DNA of 64,000 nucleotides. It comes from Fimicolochytrium jonesii. Its lineage: Eukaryota. How positions within the stretch are numbered: position 1 is the stretch's first letter; every line of letters begins with the position of its first letter. Of this stretch, positions 63,217 through 64,000 are shown one piece after another. The notes beneath the pieces were generated by a model. That model worked only from the letters and a program-made list of their open reading frames with translations, made no database searches and was not told where the DNA came from. The translations under genes were made by a program, and so were the position numbers. The stretch is taken from positions 310,001 through 374,000 of the forward strand of contig NW_026515695.1 in the NCBI RefSeq assembly GCF_025526975.1. The letters run 5' to 3'.

Positions 63217-63935
63217 TTACAGAATGTGGCCCAGCAGAACACCAAGTGCATAAATGTTCTGCCCATCAGGCAAAAAGCGCTGGCGCCACATCCCTTCGTA
63301 AAAGTACTTTTCCATAGGTAGCTTTCGAGTGCCACTCCGGGGCATCGTGTGCTTCTTTACGTGGAACCAAAGCCCCTCAATGTTGTTTGTGTGGATACCG
63401 GTTGTCGGATCTTTAAAGTTCTCTGAATGGTTGACGGTCCCGTCGGTACAGTCTATTGGTTGACGGTCCCACGGAGCGCTGTGGTCGCCAACGGGTACTA
63501 GAAAGCTCTACTTATCCTTGCGCCAGATACCCCCAAAAGCTCAAATTCCCTCAACCCGCTTTCCTCTGTTGAACTTTCGCTTGCCAAAATTGCTCTCAGC
63601 GACCTCCACCGTCTTCCGTGGCCCACCAATGTTACCATTGTTGCCAGCCTGCACCGCCATGATGCAAACCTCCCGGCAAACGTGGTACCCGTTGCGGGTT
63701 ATCTGGTTGTTCTGGTGCTGACCCCTGCTTGATAGTGGGCATCGGCGTGCGGAATGCGTTGGCTCCAGGCGTACTGTACATGATGTTAAGTGCCTGGGCA
63801 AGCAACAAGTGGGATTGGCTAAAGAAGCTACCGTTCCGGACTGAGAGGGTTTCGCGACAACCTGAACGGTTGCAGCGCCAGCGGAGATCGTCGATTGTGT
63901 GGTCCTTCACCAGTTTCATGTCGCACGCTGCCACG
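63217..63935 (-). mobile_element. Decayed Merlin / IS1595 (ISXO2-like) DDE transposase
   Basis: Zn-ribbon WRC..C...SVRNGSFF, IGGPRKTVEVAESNFGKRKFNRG and TVNHSENFKDPTTGIHTNNIEGLW. It carries an in-frame stop, frameshifts and an internal deletion. Confidence 0.9.
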
Positions 63936-64000
63936 GCAGTTTGGCTTTGGGCAGGTCCGTTTGGTCAGGTTAAGTCTCTGATTGACACAGTAGTGTGGAG

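Overview
Gene-dense, intron-rich eukaryotic DNA with short GT-AG introns and CTRAC/CTAAC-like branch points. It is most consistent with a zoosporic (chytrid-type) fungus: fungal genes (LOC1, NCE101, OMS1, FAA, MCH-type MFS) sit beside a centriole kinase PLK4. About 26 genes can be called, including a 4-exon RPS30 that the ORF track misses, ADE12, TFA2, COQ4, TAF12, GSH2, HGSNAT-like, PLK4, TTI2, MFSD1-like, an F-BAR/4xSH3 protein, RRP46 and an RNA m5C methyltransferase. There are also tandem disrupted Fic genes at the left end and a decayed Merlin/IS1595-like transposase at the right end. Main unusual observations: (1) an intact ~680-aa fusion of a bacterial-type spermidine synthase and a bacterial-type AdoMet decarboxylase, in which both domains lack their catalytic residues, with a predicted signal peptide and a C-terminal KSEL; (2) a perfect 104-bp inverted copy of an exon end plus its splice donor inside a downstream intron of the same gene; (3) a recurring C-rich to G-rich switch along exons in the direction of transcription; (4) a CGAGCG..GCGAG motif shared by four enlarged introns. 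Exon boundaries and homology calls were made by eye, without database searches.
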